DNA of 64,000 nt from an uncultured Verrucomicrobiae bacterium (GCA_937770485.1 CALJHX010000010.1:33901-97900), one strand, 5' to 3'; shown: positions 11,720-22,027, counted from the first letter of the stretch. A program made the numbers and translations. Notes: generated from the sequence alone by a model not told the origin.

Positions 11720-12409
11720 ATGAAAATCATCCCCATCCTCCTATCCGCTAGCATCCTCCTATCCGCAAATCTCACTCAGGCCCAAGACACCAGCCCGATC
11801 GATCCGGGTAAATTTGACACCTCCGTCAAAGTCACCTGCGTTGGCGACAGCATCACGCAAGGAGTAGGCGCGAAGCGCGGCAAGTCATGGCCATCTCAAC
11901 TTCAAGAGATGCTCAGTGACAAGTGGGCCGTAAAGAATTTCGGGCGAAGCGGCACGACTCTCATGAACAGCGGCGACAGCCCCTACCAGAAATGCCCGCA
12001 ATTCAAGGGGGCCAAGGAAAACCCCGCAAATGTAGTCATCATCATGCTGGGCACCAACGACACCAAACCGAATAACTGGGCCCACTTCAAAAAGGACTAT
12101 GAAAAAGACTACCGCAATCTCATTTCCCACTTCACCAGCCTACCGAGCAAACCCCGCATCTTCCTCTGCCTCCCACCCTACATCGCCAAAGACGGAAACT
12201 GGGGGATCAACGAACCGGACACAGCCGCGCAAATTCCGATCGTCACGAAGATCGCCAAAGACCTCAATCTGGGGCTCATCGACGTCCATGGTGCCCTCCA
12301 GGGAAAAGACGACCTAATTCCTGACAAGGTACATCCCAACACAGACGGGGCCGCTGTCATCGCCAAAGCCGTCTACCAAGGCCTCACGGGAAAGACCGCC
12401 TCGAAATAG
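11720..12409 (+). CDS. Secreted GDSL/SGNH hydrolase (acetylesterase-like)
   Basis: Signal peptide; CVGDSIT, NFGRSG, MLGTND, DKVHP catalytic blocks. Confidence 0.93.
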   Translation: MKIIPILLSASILLSANLTQAQDTSPIDPGKFDTSVKVTCVGDSITQGVGAKRGKSWPSQLQEMLSDKWAVKNFGRSGTTLMNSGDSPYQKCPQFKGAKENPANVVIIMLGTNDTKPNNWAHFKKDYEKDYRNLISHFTSLPSKPRIFLCLPPYIAKDGNWGINEPDTAAQIPIVTKIAKDLNLGLIDVHGALQGKDDLIPDKVHPNTDGAAVIAKAVYQGLTGKTASK

Positions 12410-12565
12410 TAGGGCTCAAAGTTTCCTCGGCCCCGCGCAATTGCTCTCCGTCTCCCGGACCAACCGGCTCCGGGAGGAGATCGAGGGACCCTGCTCCACC
12501 AGTGAAAAGGGATAGAATAAGGTTCCACGCTCCCGCATCCTTCCTTCGCAATCAAATCAACACCC

Positions 12566-12730
12566 ATGTCCACCCTCTCCCTCCTCGCCCCCGATCTCGC
12601 AAATAGTGCCCTACCCCCACAATCCACGCACCGTCCTCGCGGGCACCAACGGCGAATACCACTTCGACTGCCCTCTCGATAACTTCTTCCTCGGCTTCGA
12701 TGGCATCACCGACGACGACTTCAAAGACAA
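12566..12730 (+). pseudogene. DUF5069-family remnant (frameshift, internal deletion, truncated)
   Basis: MSTLSLLAPDL in one frame, then YPHNPRTVLAGTNGEYHFDCPLDNFFLGFDGI in the next; matches the recalled DUF5069 motif LAGTNGEYH(F/Y)xCPLD. Confidence 0.65.
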
Positions 12731-12918
12731 TCTGCGCGCATCCGCGAAATCTGCGAAGAAAAAATCTAATCCGCGAATGAACGCAAATAACCGGAGGAGA
12801 GTTTTTGATTCCAAAAAAAATCCTGTATCATCCTGTCCATCCATGTTCCGTTTCAACTTCTCCAAACCCGCGTAATCTGTGTCTCTTTTTCGCGCCCGTC
12901 CGCGTCCATTCTCAGTTG
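12730..12918. repeat. Cluster of degenerate short tandem/inverted motifs (REP-like)
   Basis: atctgcgcgcatccgcgaaatctgcg; atccgcgaatgaacgcaaat vs ccgcgtccattctcagtt (imperfect IR); aatcctgtatcatcctgtccatccatgt. Confidence 0.45.
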
Positions 12919-12975
12919 AAAAAACTTGCCCGCTAGTGAGCCTTCCCCGAAGCTTCCCTCCACCTCTTAAGAATC

Positions 12976-13437
12976 ATGAGCGCAGACGCAAAAATAGTGG
13001 AACTCGGGCTTGAACTCCCGCCCGCCCCGGCCCCGATGGGCGTTTACAAACCGATTGTCATCACCGGCAATCTCGCCTATCTCTCCGGCCACGGCCCGGT
13101 GCAGCCCGACGGCACACTGATGACCGGCCGCGTCGGCGACGACCTCGACCTGGACGCCGGGTACCAGTCCGCCCGGCAGGTCGGCCTCACGATGCTCGCC
13201 ACGCTGCGAGCCAATCTCGGCAGCCTCGACCGCGTCCAGCGCGTCATCAAGGTGCTCGGCATGGTCAACTGCACTCCCGACTTCCCAGACCACCCGAAGG
13301 TCATCAACGGCTGCAGCGAATTGTTCGCGCAGGTTTGGGGCGAGGAAAACGGCGTCGGCGCTCGCAGCGCGGTCGGCATGGGCTCATTGCCCGGCAACAT
13401 CTCCACCGAGATCGAGGCCATCTTCGAGATCGACTAA
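12976..13437 (+). CDS. RidA/YjgF family protein
   Basis: YLSGHGP, INGCSELF, GARSAVGMGSLP, TEIEAIFEI. Confidence 0.93.
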   Translation: MSADAKIVELGLELPPAPAPMGVYKPIVITGNLAYLSGHGPVQPDGTLMTGRVGDDLDLDAGYQSARQVGLTMLATLRANLGSLDRVQRVIKVLGMVNCTPDFPDHPKVINGCSELFAQVWGEENGVGARSAVGMGSLPGNISTEIEAIFEID

Positions 13438-13443
13438 ATCCGC

Positions 13444-14553
13444 ATGGCGGACGACTGGCACACGCTCGCCGACCCGGACGAGATACCCTCGCCCGCCCTT
13501 CTCATTTACCCTGAGCGCATCGGCGAAAACATCCGCCGCATGATCGCCACGCTTGGCCAAGCGGAGCGGCTGCGGCCCCACATCAAGACGCACAAGATGG
13601 CCGAGGTCGTGCAGTTGCAACTCAAGGCCGGCATCAGCAAGTTCAAGTGCGCCACCATAGCCGAGGCGGAGATGCTTGGCCAAGCGGGCGCAAAAGACGT
13701 GCTGCTGGCCAACCAGCCGGTCGGCCCCAATATCGACCGGCTGCTTGGCCTGGGCGGCTGGTTTCGCGACGTCCGTTTTTCAACCATCGCCGACGACGCC
13801 GAGGCGGTCGGCAATCTGGCCCAAGCCGCCCAAGCCGCCGGCGTCACCCTTCCCGTCTGGCTCGACCTAGATGTCGGCATGGGCCGCACCGGCATCGCGC
13901 CCGGCCAAGCGGCGGCGACGCTGTACAAACTCATTGGCCAGTTGCCCGGTGTCGAGCCAGCGGGACTGCATCTTTACGACGGACACCTTCACGAGGGCGA
14001 CCCGGCCAAGCGCCTGGCCAAGTGGCAGACGATGATGGACGAGGTGCGCCCGTTCCGGACCGGCCTAGAGGCCGACGGACTGCCGGTGCCGGGCGTGGTC
14101 GGCGGTGGCACACCGACGTTTCCGTTTCACGCGCAACACACCGACCACGATTGCAGCCCCGGCACGACATTGCTGTGGGACTTCGGCTATCGTGACGCGT
14201 TCCCCGATCTCAAATACCAAAATGCCGCCGTGCTCCTCACCCGCGTCATCAGCAAACCCGGCATCGACTGCATCACGCTAGACCTCGGCCACAAGGCGGT
14301 CGCGGCGGAGAACCCGCATCCGCGCGTGCAGTTCATCGGCCTCGACGACGTCGAAACGGTCGTGCACAGCGAGGAGCACCTCACGCTTCGCACGGCGGAA
14401 GCGCGGCGATTCAATGTCGGCGACTGCCTCTACGGCATCCCGAGGCACATCTGCCCGACCGTCGCGCTGTACGACCGGGCGCACGTGGTCCGAGGCGGAA
14501 AACTCACCGACCAATGGCAAGTCACCGCCCGAGCCCGCAAGCTCACTTTTTAA
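13444..14553 (+). CDS. D-threonine aldolase/DSD1 family PLP-dependent enzyme (fold type III)
   Basis: LRPHIKTHK PLP-lysine, KCATIAEAE, DVGMGRTG, YDGH, GGGTP, SEEH, PRHICPTV. Confidence 0.93.
   Translation: MADDWHTLADPDEIPSPALLIYPERIGENIRRMIATLGQAERLRPHIKTHKMAEVVQLQLKAGISKFKCATIAEAEMLGQAGAKDVLLANQPVGPNIDRLLGLGGWFRDVRFSTIADDAEAVGNLAQAAQAAGVTLPVWLDLDVGMGRTGIAPGQAAATLYKLIGQLPGVEPAGLHLYDGHLHEGDPAKRLAKWQTMMDEVRPFRTGLEADGLPVPGVVGGGTPTFPFHAQHTDHDCSPGTTLLWDFGYRDAFPDLKYQNAAVLLTRVISKPGIDCITLDLGHKAVAAENPHPRVQFIGLDDVETVVHSEEHLTLRTAEARRFNVGDCLYGIPRHICPTVALYDRAHVVRGGKLTDQWQVTARARKLTF
13550..13563. repeat. Iterated palindrome CGCTTGGCCAAGCG (one of 5 perfect copies found: 13550, 14637, 30049, 49402, 50944)
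   Basis: Read directly; single-mismatch copies at 980, 4197, 4250, 13673, 25669, 26970, 32333, 41929, 47578, 50865. Confidence 0.9.
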
Positions 14554-14675
14554 CTCAACGATTGAATGGCATGCCTCACAACCAAATAGATATTGAGCGT
14601 TCTCCCTCTCCCGCAGCGGTTGCGACACACCAACCCCGCTTGGCCAAGCGCTGCCCGGATGAATTCTGAAAACCT

Positions 14676-14954
14676 ATGAGTGAATCCTCCAGCGCCGAGA
14701 CACGCAGCTTGCGCCAAAGCCGGCGCGAGTTGTGGCTTATCCTGCTGGCTTGGCTGGGGTGCGCGCTGTGGGTGATCGGCTACAGCGCTGCCAACGGCTA
14801 CAACCTAACGCCGGAAGAGGTGTCGACCGTGCTGGGCTTTCCGGGCTGGGTGTTTTGGGGCGTTGTGGCACCGTGGATGGCCGCGAACTCCTTCACGTTT
14901 TGGTTCTGCCTGCGCGCCCTGAAAAATGACGAAAACGAGGAGGAATCGCCGTGA
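14676..14954 (+). CDS. YhdT/DUF997 family small membrane protein
   Basis: Two TM helices; QSRRELWL..., VLGFPGWVFWGVVAPW; overlaps the start of the SSS symporter as in yhdT-panF pairs. Confidence 0.8.
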   Translation: MSESSSAETRSLRQSRRELWLILLAWLGCALWVIGYSAANGYNLTPEEVSTVLGFPGWVFWGVVAPWMAANSFTFWFCLRALKNDENEEESP

Positions 14955-16804
14955 ACGAGACTACAGCCAACTCGGCCCTCATCACTTTTGCGATTTATCT
15001 GCTCGGCGTCTTTTTCCTCGCTTGGCTTTCGAGCCGGGTGCGGCGAAAAAAAGAGTTTGTCGGCGAATATTTCCTCGGCGGCCGCAGCCTTGGCCTGTGG
15101 GCGTTCGCGCTGACCTTCGCAGCGACCAGCTCGTCCGGCGGCAGTTTCATGGGATTCCCGTCGCTGGTTTACACGCACGGCTGGGTGCTAGCGCTGTGGA
15201 TCGCCAGCTACATGCTGGTGCCGCTCGTCGGCATGGGGCTGCTCGGCAAGCGCGTGAACCGGCTGGCCCGCCAGTCCGGCGCGGTGACGATTCCCGACCT
15301 CATCAAGGCGCGTTTCCGCTCCGATTCAGTCGGGATGATAGCCACGCTACTGGTGCTCTTTTTCATGTTTTTCTATCTGCTCGCCCAGTTCAAGGCCGGC
15401 AGCAAAATCATGACCACCCTGCTGCAGGACGTGGCCATTTATCAATCGGCCGTCAACGCCGTCGGCGGCGCGATCGACGGCCTGCCGTGGATCGGCAACG
15501 CGGAGCCGGACTACGTGCTGTGCCTGCTGGTGTTCGCGTTCTCGGTGATCGTGTACACGGCGTTCGGAGGCTTCCGCGCGGTGGTGTGGACCGACGTGAT
15601 GCAGGGCATCGTCATGGGCGTCGGAGTGATCATCCTGCTGTTCCTCACGCTTGGCCAAGTGGGCGGTTTGACCAAGGCCACCGAGCAATTAAAAGAGATG
15701 ACGCCGCCCGAGACCGGCATCGGCATTGTCACGCTTGGCCCAGCGCAAACCGAAACGACCACACTGCCCAAGGGCGCTTGGCTGCGCCTGGCCGGCGGCG
15801 GCATCGCTCGGCTGGCCGAGCAGGCCAGCTTGGCCAAGGGCGAAATCCAAACCGAAGCCAAGCTGCTCAAGATCACCACCCCGGCTGAAGTCGACCGAAT
15901 TGAACCTACGGATTTCGGCTTCACTGTTACCGCCACATTCACGGCGGACGAAACCAAGGGCTACGGCAGCGGACGCAAGGGCGTTTACGTCAGTGCGCCG
16001 GGGCCGCATCCGGAGAGGGAAGACGGCTTCCTCAACGTTTGGATTGCGATCAGCTTCTTTTTCTTCTGGGCATTCGGCTCCGCAGGTCAGCCGAGCAACA
16101 TGGTTCGCCTGATGGCGTTCAAGGGTACCAATGTCCTTCGTAACGCCATCCTCGCGGTGTCCGTTTATTACACTGTCATTTATTTGCTCTTGGTGGTGAT
16201 CTTTTGCTGCGCTCGCATCCTGCTGCCTGGCATGGAGGTGGACTCGGACCGCATCATGCCAGAGCTCGCCGCCAAGGTCACCAGCGATGCCGGCGTGCCG
16301 TGGCTGGCCGGGTTGCTGCTCGCTGCACCATTCGCCGCCGTGATGTCCAGCGTGGACAGCTTTCTGCTGATGGTCTCGTCCGCCGTGGTGCGGGATATTT
16401 ACCAAAACCGTGTGAACCCCAACGCCAGCGAAAAACGGCTGAAAAGGCTCTCCTACCTCGTCACGGCGGTGGTGGGGATTTTGGCGATGCTGGCAGTGCT
16501 AAATCCACCCCAGTACTTGCAGGATCTTATCGTGTTTGCCACCAGTGGTTTGGCGGGTTGTTTCCTGATGCCGGTGCTGCTTGGCCTTTACTGGCCGCAA
16601 ATAACTGCCAAGGGCGCCATCGCAGGGATGTTGGGTGGTTTGGGCTGTCATTTGTCCCTGTATATCGCCGGTTACGTCATCAAGGGCAAATTCGAGGCCT
16701 TCAAGTTGCTTGAATTTGACCCCTTCATCTGGTCGTTGGTTGTGTCCGGTCTGCTCTGCTGGATCTGCTCGGTTTACAAAGCAAGCCCGACAAAAAAGAA
16801 CTAA
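14951..16804 (+). CDS. Sodium:solute symporter (PanF-like SSS family)
   Basis: EYFLGGRSLG, SGGSFMGFP, GGFRAVVWTDVMQG, AAVMSSVDSFLL. Confidence 0.92.
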   Translation: MNETTANSALITFAIYLLGVFFLAWLSSRVRRKKEFVGEYFLGGRSLGLWAFALTFAATSSSGGSFMGFPSLVYTHGWVLALWIASYMLVPLVGMGLLGKRVNRLARQSGAVTIPDLIKARFRSDSVGMIATLLVLFFMFFYLLAQFKAGSKIMTTLLQDVAIYQSAVNAVGGAIDGLPWIGNAEPDYVLCLLVFAFSVIVYTAFGGFRAVVWTDVMQGIVMGVGVIILLFLTLGQVGGLTKATEQLKEMTPPETGIGIVTLGPAQTETTTLPKGAWLRLAGGGIARLAEQASLAKGEIQTEAKLLKITTPAEVDRIEPTDFGFTVTATFTADETKGYGSGRKGVYVSAPGPHPEREDGFLNVWIAISFFFFWAFGSAGQPSNMVRLMAFKGTNVLRNAILAVSVYYTVIYLLLVVIFCCARILLPGMEVDSDRIMPELAAKVTSDAGVPWLAGLLLAAPFAAVMSSVDSFLLMVSSAVVRDIYQNRVNPNASEKRLKRLSYLVTAVVGILAMLAVLNPPQYLQDLIVFATSGLAGCFLMPVLLGLYWPQITAKGAIAGMLGGLGCHLSLYIAGYVIKGKFEAFKLLEFDPFIWSLVVSGLLCWICSVYKASPTKKN

Positions 16805-16864
16805 AAAAGTTTGCTCTACTTATATTTCAGTGCCAGCATTCTCTCCCTGTTGTTCAGAAATTAG

Positions 16865-17689
16865 ATGAAAAAGCATAAAAAAAGTGGATTTACGCTGATT
16901 GAATTATTGGTAGTTATTGCGATCATCGCAATCCTAGCCGGGATGCTCCTTCCTGCCTTGGCAAAGGCCAAGAGCAAAGCGACAGGCATCTCCTGCCTAA
17001 ACAATAGCAAGCAATTGATGCTGGCCTGGATCTCTTATTCCGGGGATTATGACGGTAACTTGGTACACAACACCCATGGAGGCGAGGCCCAAAGCAACAG
17101 TGCCAACTCCCGATATGCCCAATGGATCATGGGTTGGCTAGACTGGGGCCTGCGTCCTGACAACACCAACGTGCTACATGTCACGGATACACGTTATGCC
17201 AAGTTGGCAGCATTTCAGGGAAACAGTAAAAACTTGGTTTCCTGCCCCGCAGACAAATTCGTTAGCCCCGGTCAGACAAGGAAAGGATGGTCCAAGCGAA
17301 TCCGAACCTTCTCGATGAACTCAAACATGGGAGATGGTAATAATAAGCTCTGGTATGGTGATAGTTATCACCAAATTTACCTCAAAGAGGGTGACATTGC
17401 TGATCCATCCAACAAATGGGTGGTGGTGGATGAGCATCCTGACAGCATGAACGACGGCTGCTTTTTTACCAACATGACTACCTCCAGCCCGAGTTACGTG
17501 GATCTACCCGGCACGATGCACAACAACGCCTGCGGGTACGGCTTTGCCGATGGCCATTCAGAAATCAAGAAATGGAACTCCGAAATGAAGAGTGCAATAA
17601 ACTTCAGTCGTAGTTGGTCCCCTAGGGGTGCCGGAGCCAAAGCGGATTGGTTGTGGCATCAGGAACGTTCGGGGGCACCAAGAAGATAA
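16865..17689 (+). CDS. Prepilin-type N-terminal cleavage/methylation protein with H-X9-DG motif
   Basis: G|FTLIELL...; SCPAD; [10 protein letters not shown]; [12 protein letters not shown]. Confidence 0.92.
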   Translation: MKKHKKSGFTLIELLVVIAIIAILAGMLLPALAKAKSKATGISCLNNSKQLMLAWISYSGDYDGNLVHNTHGGEAQSNSANSRYAQWIMGWLDWGLRPDNTNVLHVTDTRYAKLAAFQGNSKNLVSCPADKFVSPGQTRKGWSKRIRTFSMNSNMGDGNNKLWYGDSYHQIYLKEGDIADPSNKWVVVDEHPDSMNDGCFFTNMTTSSPSYVDLPGTMHNNACGYGFADGHSEIKKWNSEMKSAINFSRSWSPRGAGAKADWLWHQERSGAPRR

Positions 17690-17724
17690 AATCCTTATTC
17701 CCTTAACATCCGATATCCTGCATG

Positions 17725-17753
17725 AAGCGCCCCTAATTTGGGGCGTTTTTTTT
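17725..17753 (+). terminator. Intrinsic terminator
   Basis: aagcgcccc-taattt-ggggcgttt followed by a T-run. Confidence 0.8.
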
Positions 17754-17827
17754 GCTTGAAAAAAGATAACTAGAAATCATAATAGCTCTTCCTTCATCTA
17801 GAATACTCTAAATTACGCATTTTTCTT

Positions 17828-18697
17828 ATGAGAAACCAAAAAAAACAAGGGTTTACACTTATTGAACTATTGGTGGTCATCGCGATCATCGCAATTCTAG
17901 CCGGAATGCTCCTTCCTGCCTTGGCAAAGGCCAAGAGTAAAGCAACAGGCATCTCCTGCCTCAACAATAACAAACAACTGGGCTTGGCCTGGCTGATGTA
18001 CTGTGAGGACTACGACGGTTTCATGCCGCCTAACCAAAACGGGGGGGGATCTCGAGGCTGGGTAAACGGTTGGATCACCTTTAACTCCAACGCGCCAGAC
18101 AATACCAATATCCTATGGCTTGTTGGAACACAGAAACAAGTGGGGCGTTTGTATCCCAAACTTGGACCATACTCAATGTCACCTGGCATTTATAAATGCC
18201 CAGCGGACACCTACAATTGCAAAATAGGTAAAAAGACATTGCCACGAGTTCGCAGCAGCTCCATGAATGGGTTCATTGAAGGTGCCGCCTACGGCGGCAA
18301 AAGCGGTAAAAGCACCTGGTATGGCGGACACAAACCTTACTACAAACTGAGTGATATTACCGGGAAGGACCAAGCGGGCCCAGTTGGCGGTGGCGTTACT
18401 TCTCCGACAGATTTATGGGTTTTTGTGGACGAACATCCCGACAGTATCAATGACGGCTGGAACATCATGAATCCGACCACGGACAGCAGTTGGGTTGATC
18501 TGCCTGCCAGTTATCACAACGGAGGCTGTGGTTATTCGTTCGCCGACAACCACGCCGAAATTAAGGTTTGGAAGGACAAAATCCCAAGGACAGAACCGGT
18601 ACGTCAATCCTCTCGGAACGGATTTTCAAACAATGGCAGGCGTAAGGGGTACAACGATTACTGGTGGGTCATTGAACGATCAACATCGAAGCTCTAG
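17828..18697 (+). CDS. Prepilin-type N-terminal cleavage/methylation protein (H-X9-DN variant)
   Basis: G|FTLIELL...; YKCPAD; [10 protein letters not shown]; [12 protein letters not shown]. Confidence 0.92.
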   Translation: MRNQKKQGFTLIELLVVIAIIAILAGMLLPALAKAKSKATGISCLNNNKQLGLAWLMYCEDYDGFMPPNQNGGGSRGWVNGWITFNSNAPDNTNILWLVGTQKQVGRLYPKLGPYSMSPGIYKCPADTYNCKIGKKTLPRVRSSSMNGFIEGAAYGGKSGKSTWYGGHKPYYKLSDITGKDQAGPVGGGVTSPTDLWVFVDEHPDSINDGWNIMNPTTDSSWVDLPASYHNGGCGYSFADNHAEIKVWKDKIPRTEPVRQSSRNGFSNNGRRKGYNDYWWVIERSTSKL

Positions 18698-18751
18698 GCT
18701 AGAATCAATTTGGGTACAGGCTTGGTACGCAGTTGGTCACCCGAGGGCAAC

Positions 18752-18822
18752 ATGTCGCTCAACGTTCCCATGCCGAACAGCCGGGATTTGTATTGGATGA
18801 TGGAGAAACCCACACCCGATAG
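18752..18822 (+). pseudogene. Orphan 3' tail of a lost prepilin-type gene
   Basis: Translates MSLNVPMPNSRDLYWMMEK, aligning with the neighbouring paralogue's C-terminus [19 protein letters not shown]. Confidence 0.6.
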
Positions 18823-18842
18823 GCCGCCCCTGATTTTAAAGC

Positions 18843-19737
18843 ATGAGAAAAACACAAGCATTCACATTGATTGAATTGTTGGTGGTCATTGCCATCATCG
18901 CCATCCTGGCCGGCCTGCTCCTGCCGGCCCTGGCCAAAGCCAAGACGAAGGCACGGGCCATCACCTGCATGAACGGCAACAATCAGTTGACCATGGCCTG
19001 GCGCTTTTACGCCGATGAAAATGATGGCCGTTTGGTCGGCTCCGGCCGGGGCCAGATGATGAGCGGTAAGCAAATCCCCGAGTGGACCGGCGGAAACTGG
19101 CTGGACAAAAACAACCCGAAAAAGTCCCGACAACTGGGATGTGGACTTCTGGCTTCGTGGAGTCAACAGTAAGGGGAGAAAAATTGCCGGACGAGGCAAT
19201 CTCCTTTACCCGTATGTCGGCAACAGCACTGAGGTTTTCAACTGCCCAGCCGACAACAGCGTCGGAATCAATAACAAGGGGAAAACAGTACCCAGGCTCC
19301 GGAGCCGTTCAATCAACAACTGGGTGGGCGGTCCTGGTTGGGGCGCCTAAACCGGCACCTGTACGACACCAGCGTCAGCGGCAACATTGGAATGGCGCGT
19401 ATTCCACAAGGACACCGACTTTGTTGCTCCAGGCCCCTCCAACACCTTCGTAATGCTGGATGAACGGGAAGACAGCATCAACGACGGCTACTTCGTGGTC
19501 GACATGGCCGGCTACCCCGGCCAGACCATCAAACTGGTGGATTACCCCGCCAGTTACCACAACCGCGCGGCCGGATTCTCATTTGCCGATGGGCACGCCG
19601 AAATCCACAAGTGGCTTGATAAGCGAACCACACCGCCCATGAGCAAGTCCGATCGCCCTCTGAACGTCGGCATGGCAAACAACAAGGACTTGATGTGGAT
19701 GATGGAACACAGCACCCGAAAAGTCGGCAGTCGCTGA
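18843..19737 (+). pseudogene. Prepilin-type H-X9-DG gene interrupted by a frameshift and an in-frame stop
   Basis: Three ORF pieces (18843-19172, 19141-19350, 19387-19737). Removing one A from A5 at 19119-19123 restores NPKSPDNWDVDFW; TAA at 19348-19350 is in frame with the last piece. Confidence 0.8.
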
Positions 19738-19852
19738 CTCGCTTCCTTTTGCCGATCCAAGAAGCCGACCCACAATGGCAGGTTTCTTGGCGACGATTTC
19801 CTTTCCATCGTTGACGCCAGACAAACAAGACTGCAGTCTGCCCGACCAGTTT

Positions 19853-22027
19853 ATGGCTCGTACTATACTGTTCATCTGCACCGGTAACGTCTGCCGCAGC
19901 CCGATGGCCGAGGGCTTGTTCAGGTGTCTTATTGAGGAGAACGCAGCTGACCTTATCGTGAAATCTGCCGGGGTGGGCGCTCAGGACGGCCAAGCGCCAA
20001 GCGGGAATGCGATCCGCGCCATGCAGGATCTCGATATCGACATCTCCCCCCAGCGGAGCCTGATGTTGACCGCCGAACTCGCCGCCGAGGCCGACATGAT
20101 CATCGGCATGACCCACGGGCACGTGGAGATGGTCAACCTGATGTTCCCTCACGCAGCCGATAAAGCCTTTTTGCTCCGTGAATTTGACGGCTCCGTGCCC
20201 CTCTACGACCGGGAAATCTCCGATCCCATCGGCGGTTCCTACGAGGTTTACCGCCAATGCCGCGACCAGATCCGTGAAGGCATCGACTCACTTTTGAACT
20301 CCATACAACAAAACAAAAGCCTGGTTCCCGACTCAAATCAACCGGTGATAGAAATAGCCCTCGGCGCGGATCACGCCGGCTACGGACTGAAGAAAATCCT
20401 GGGCAATTATCTCGGCGAAAAAGGCATCCCATATGCCGACTTCGGGTGCGACTCGGAGGACAAGGTCGACTACCCGGACTTCGCGCGTGAGGTGGCCCGA
20501 ACCGTGGCCAAGGGGCAGAGCCGGCTTGGCCTGCTGATGTGCAACACCGGTATTGGCATGAGCATGAGCGCCAACAAGGTGCCCGGTGTCCGAGCCGCGC
20601 TTGCGCATGACGAGGAGACAGCCAAGCTCACCCGCCAGCACAACAACGCAAACGTCCTCTGCCTCGGGGCCGCGGCCACGGATGAGGCCTTGGCAAAGCG
20701 CATCCTCGACGCATTCATCGAAACCCCGTTCGTGGACGGCGGCCGCCACGAGCGGCGGGTGAACAAGATGGAACCCGCGGGCGCCTCGGGCAAATTCCGG
20801 CTGGACTCCGTTGATCCCGAGATCGCGCAGGTCATCCAAGCCGAGACCGTCCGCCAACAGGAAAACATCGAGCTGATCGCCAGCGAGAACTTCACCAGCC
20901 CGGCCGTCATGCAAGTGCAGGGCTCGGTACTCACTAACAAGTACGCCGAAGGCTATCCGGCCAAGCGCTGGTATGGCGGCTGCGAGCACGTGGACGTGGC
21001 CGAGCAGTTGGCCATCGATCGGGCTAAGCAACTTTTCGGCGCCGAGCACGCCAACGTGCAGCCCCACTCCGGCAGCGGCGCCAACATGGCTGTTTACTTT
21101 TCCACGCTCCAGCCGGGCGACAAGATACTGACGATGGATCTGTCCCACGGCGGACACCTCACCCACGGACACAAGGCCAACTTCTCGGGCCGGTTTTACG
21201 CGGCCACCCACTACGGCGTTAGCAAGGAGACCGAGCAGATCGATTACGACGAACTGGCCCGAGTGGCAGCAAAGGAAAACCCGACCATGATCACGGTCGG
21301 GGCCAGTGCCTACCCTCGCGTGATCGACTTCGAGCGAATGGGACAGATTGCCCGCGAAGTGGGTGCACTTCTTTTGGCCGACATAGCCCACATCGCCGGA
21401 CTGGTCGCCGCCGGCTCGCATCCCAGCCCAATCGGCCATGCTGACTTTGTCACCACAACCACCCACAAAACCCTGCGCGGCCCGCGGGGTGGGCTGATCC
21501 TGTGCGGCGCGGAACATGCCAAGGCAATCGATTCCCAGACCTTCCCCGGCATCCAGGGTGGCCCGCTGATGCACGTCATCGCGGCCAAGGCGGTATGCTT
21601 CAAAGAAGCCCTCCAGCCAACCTTCGCGGAGTATCAGGCCCAGGTCGTAGCCAATGCAGCGGCCCTTGCCAACGGCTTGACCAAGAACGGTTTTCGCCTT
21701 GTCAGTGGTGGCACGGACAACCACCTGATGCTGGTGGACGTCGGGTCGCGCGACATGACCGGCAAGGAATGCCAGGCCGCACTCGACGAGGCAGGCATCA
21801 CGGTCAACAAAAACACCATCCCCTTCGAGACACGTTCCCCTTTCCAAGCCAGTGGGATACGGATTGGTACACCCGCCGTGACCACGCGCGGCATGGGAGT
21901 ACCGGAGATGGCCAACATTGCCGACATGATCAGCGAGGTGTTGCTCGACATAAAAAATGTTGACAAGCAAGCCGCTGTCCGGCAACGTGTCCAGCAACTG
22001 ACCGCAGGATTCCCCTTGCCGTATTAA
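19853..22027 (+). CDS. glyA: Triple fusion: low-molecular-weight protein phosphatase + ribose-5-phosphate isomerase B + serine hydroxymethyltransferase
   Basis: [14 protein letters not shown] and ISDP (LMWP); [35 protein letters not shown] (RpiB); [30 protein letters not shown] (SHMT). Start MARTILF at 19853. Confidence 0.95.
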   Translation: MARTILFICTGNVCRSPMAEGLFRCLIEENAADLIVKSAGVGAQDGQAPSGNAIRAMQDLDIDISPQRSLMLTAELAAEADMIIGMTHGHVEMVNLMFPHAADKAFLLREFDGSVPLYDREISDPIGGSYEVYRQCRDQIREGIDSLLNSIQQNKSLVPDSNQPVIEIALGADHAGYGLKKILGNYLGEKGIPYADFGCDSEDKVDYPDFAREVARTVAKGQSRLGLLMCNTGIGMSMSANKVPGVRAALAHDEETAKLTRQHNNANVLCLGAAATDEALAKRILDAFIETPFVDGGRHERRVNKMEPAGASGKFRLDSVDPEIAQVIQAETVRQQENIELIASENFTSPAVMQVQGSVLTNKYAEGYPAKRWYGGCEHVDVAEQLAIDRAKQLFGAEHANVQPHSGSGANMAVYFSTLQPGDKILTMDLSHGGHLTHGHKANFSGRFYAATHYGVSKETEQIDYDELARVAAKENPTMITVGASAYPRVIDFERMGQIAREVGALLLADIAHIAGLVAAGSHPSPIGHADFVTTTTHKTLRGPRGGLILCGAEHAKAIDSQTFPGIQGGPLMHVIAAKAVCFKEALQPTFAEYQAQVVANAAALANGLTKNGFRLVSGGTDNHLMLVDVGSRDMTGKECQAALDEAGITVNKNTIPFETRSPFQASGIRIGTPAVTTRGMGVPEMANIADMISEVLLDIKNVDKQAAVRQRVQQLTAGFPLPY

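Noticed and set aside
12445-12490. Hairpin ctcccgga/tccgggag as riboswitch or ncRNA
   Set aside because: Single stem after the GDSL gene with no recognisable aptamer consensus or U-tract.
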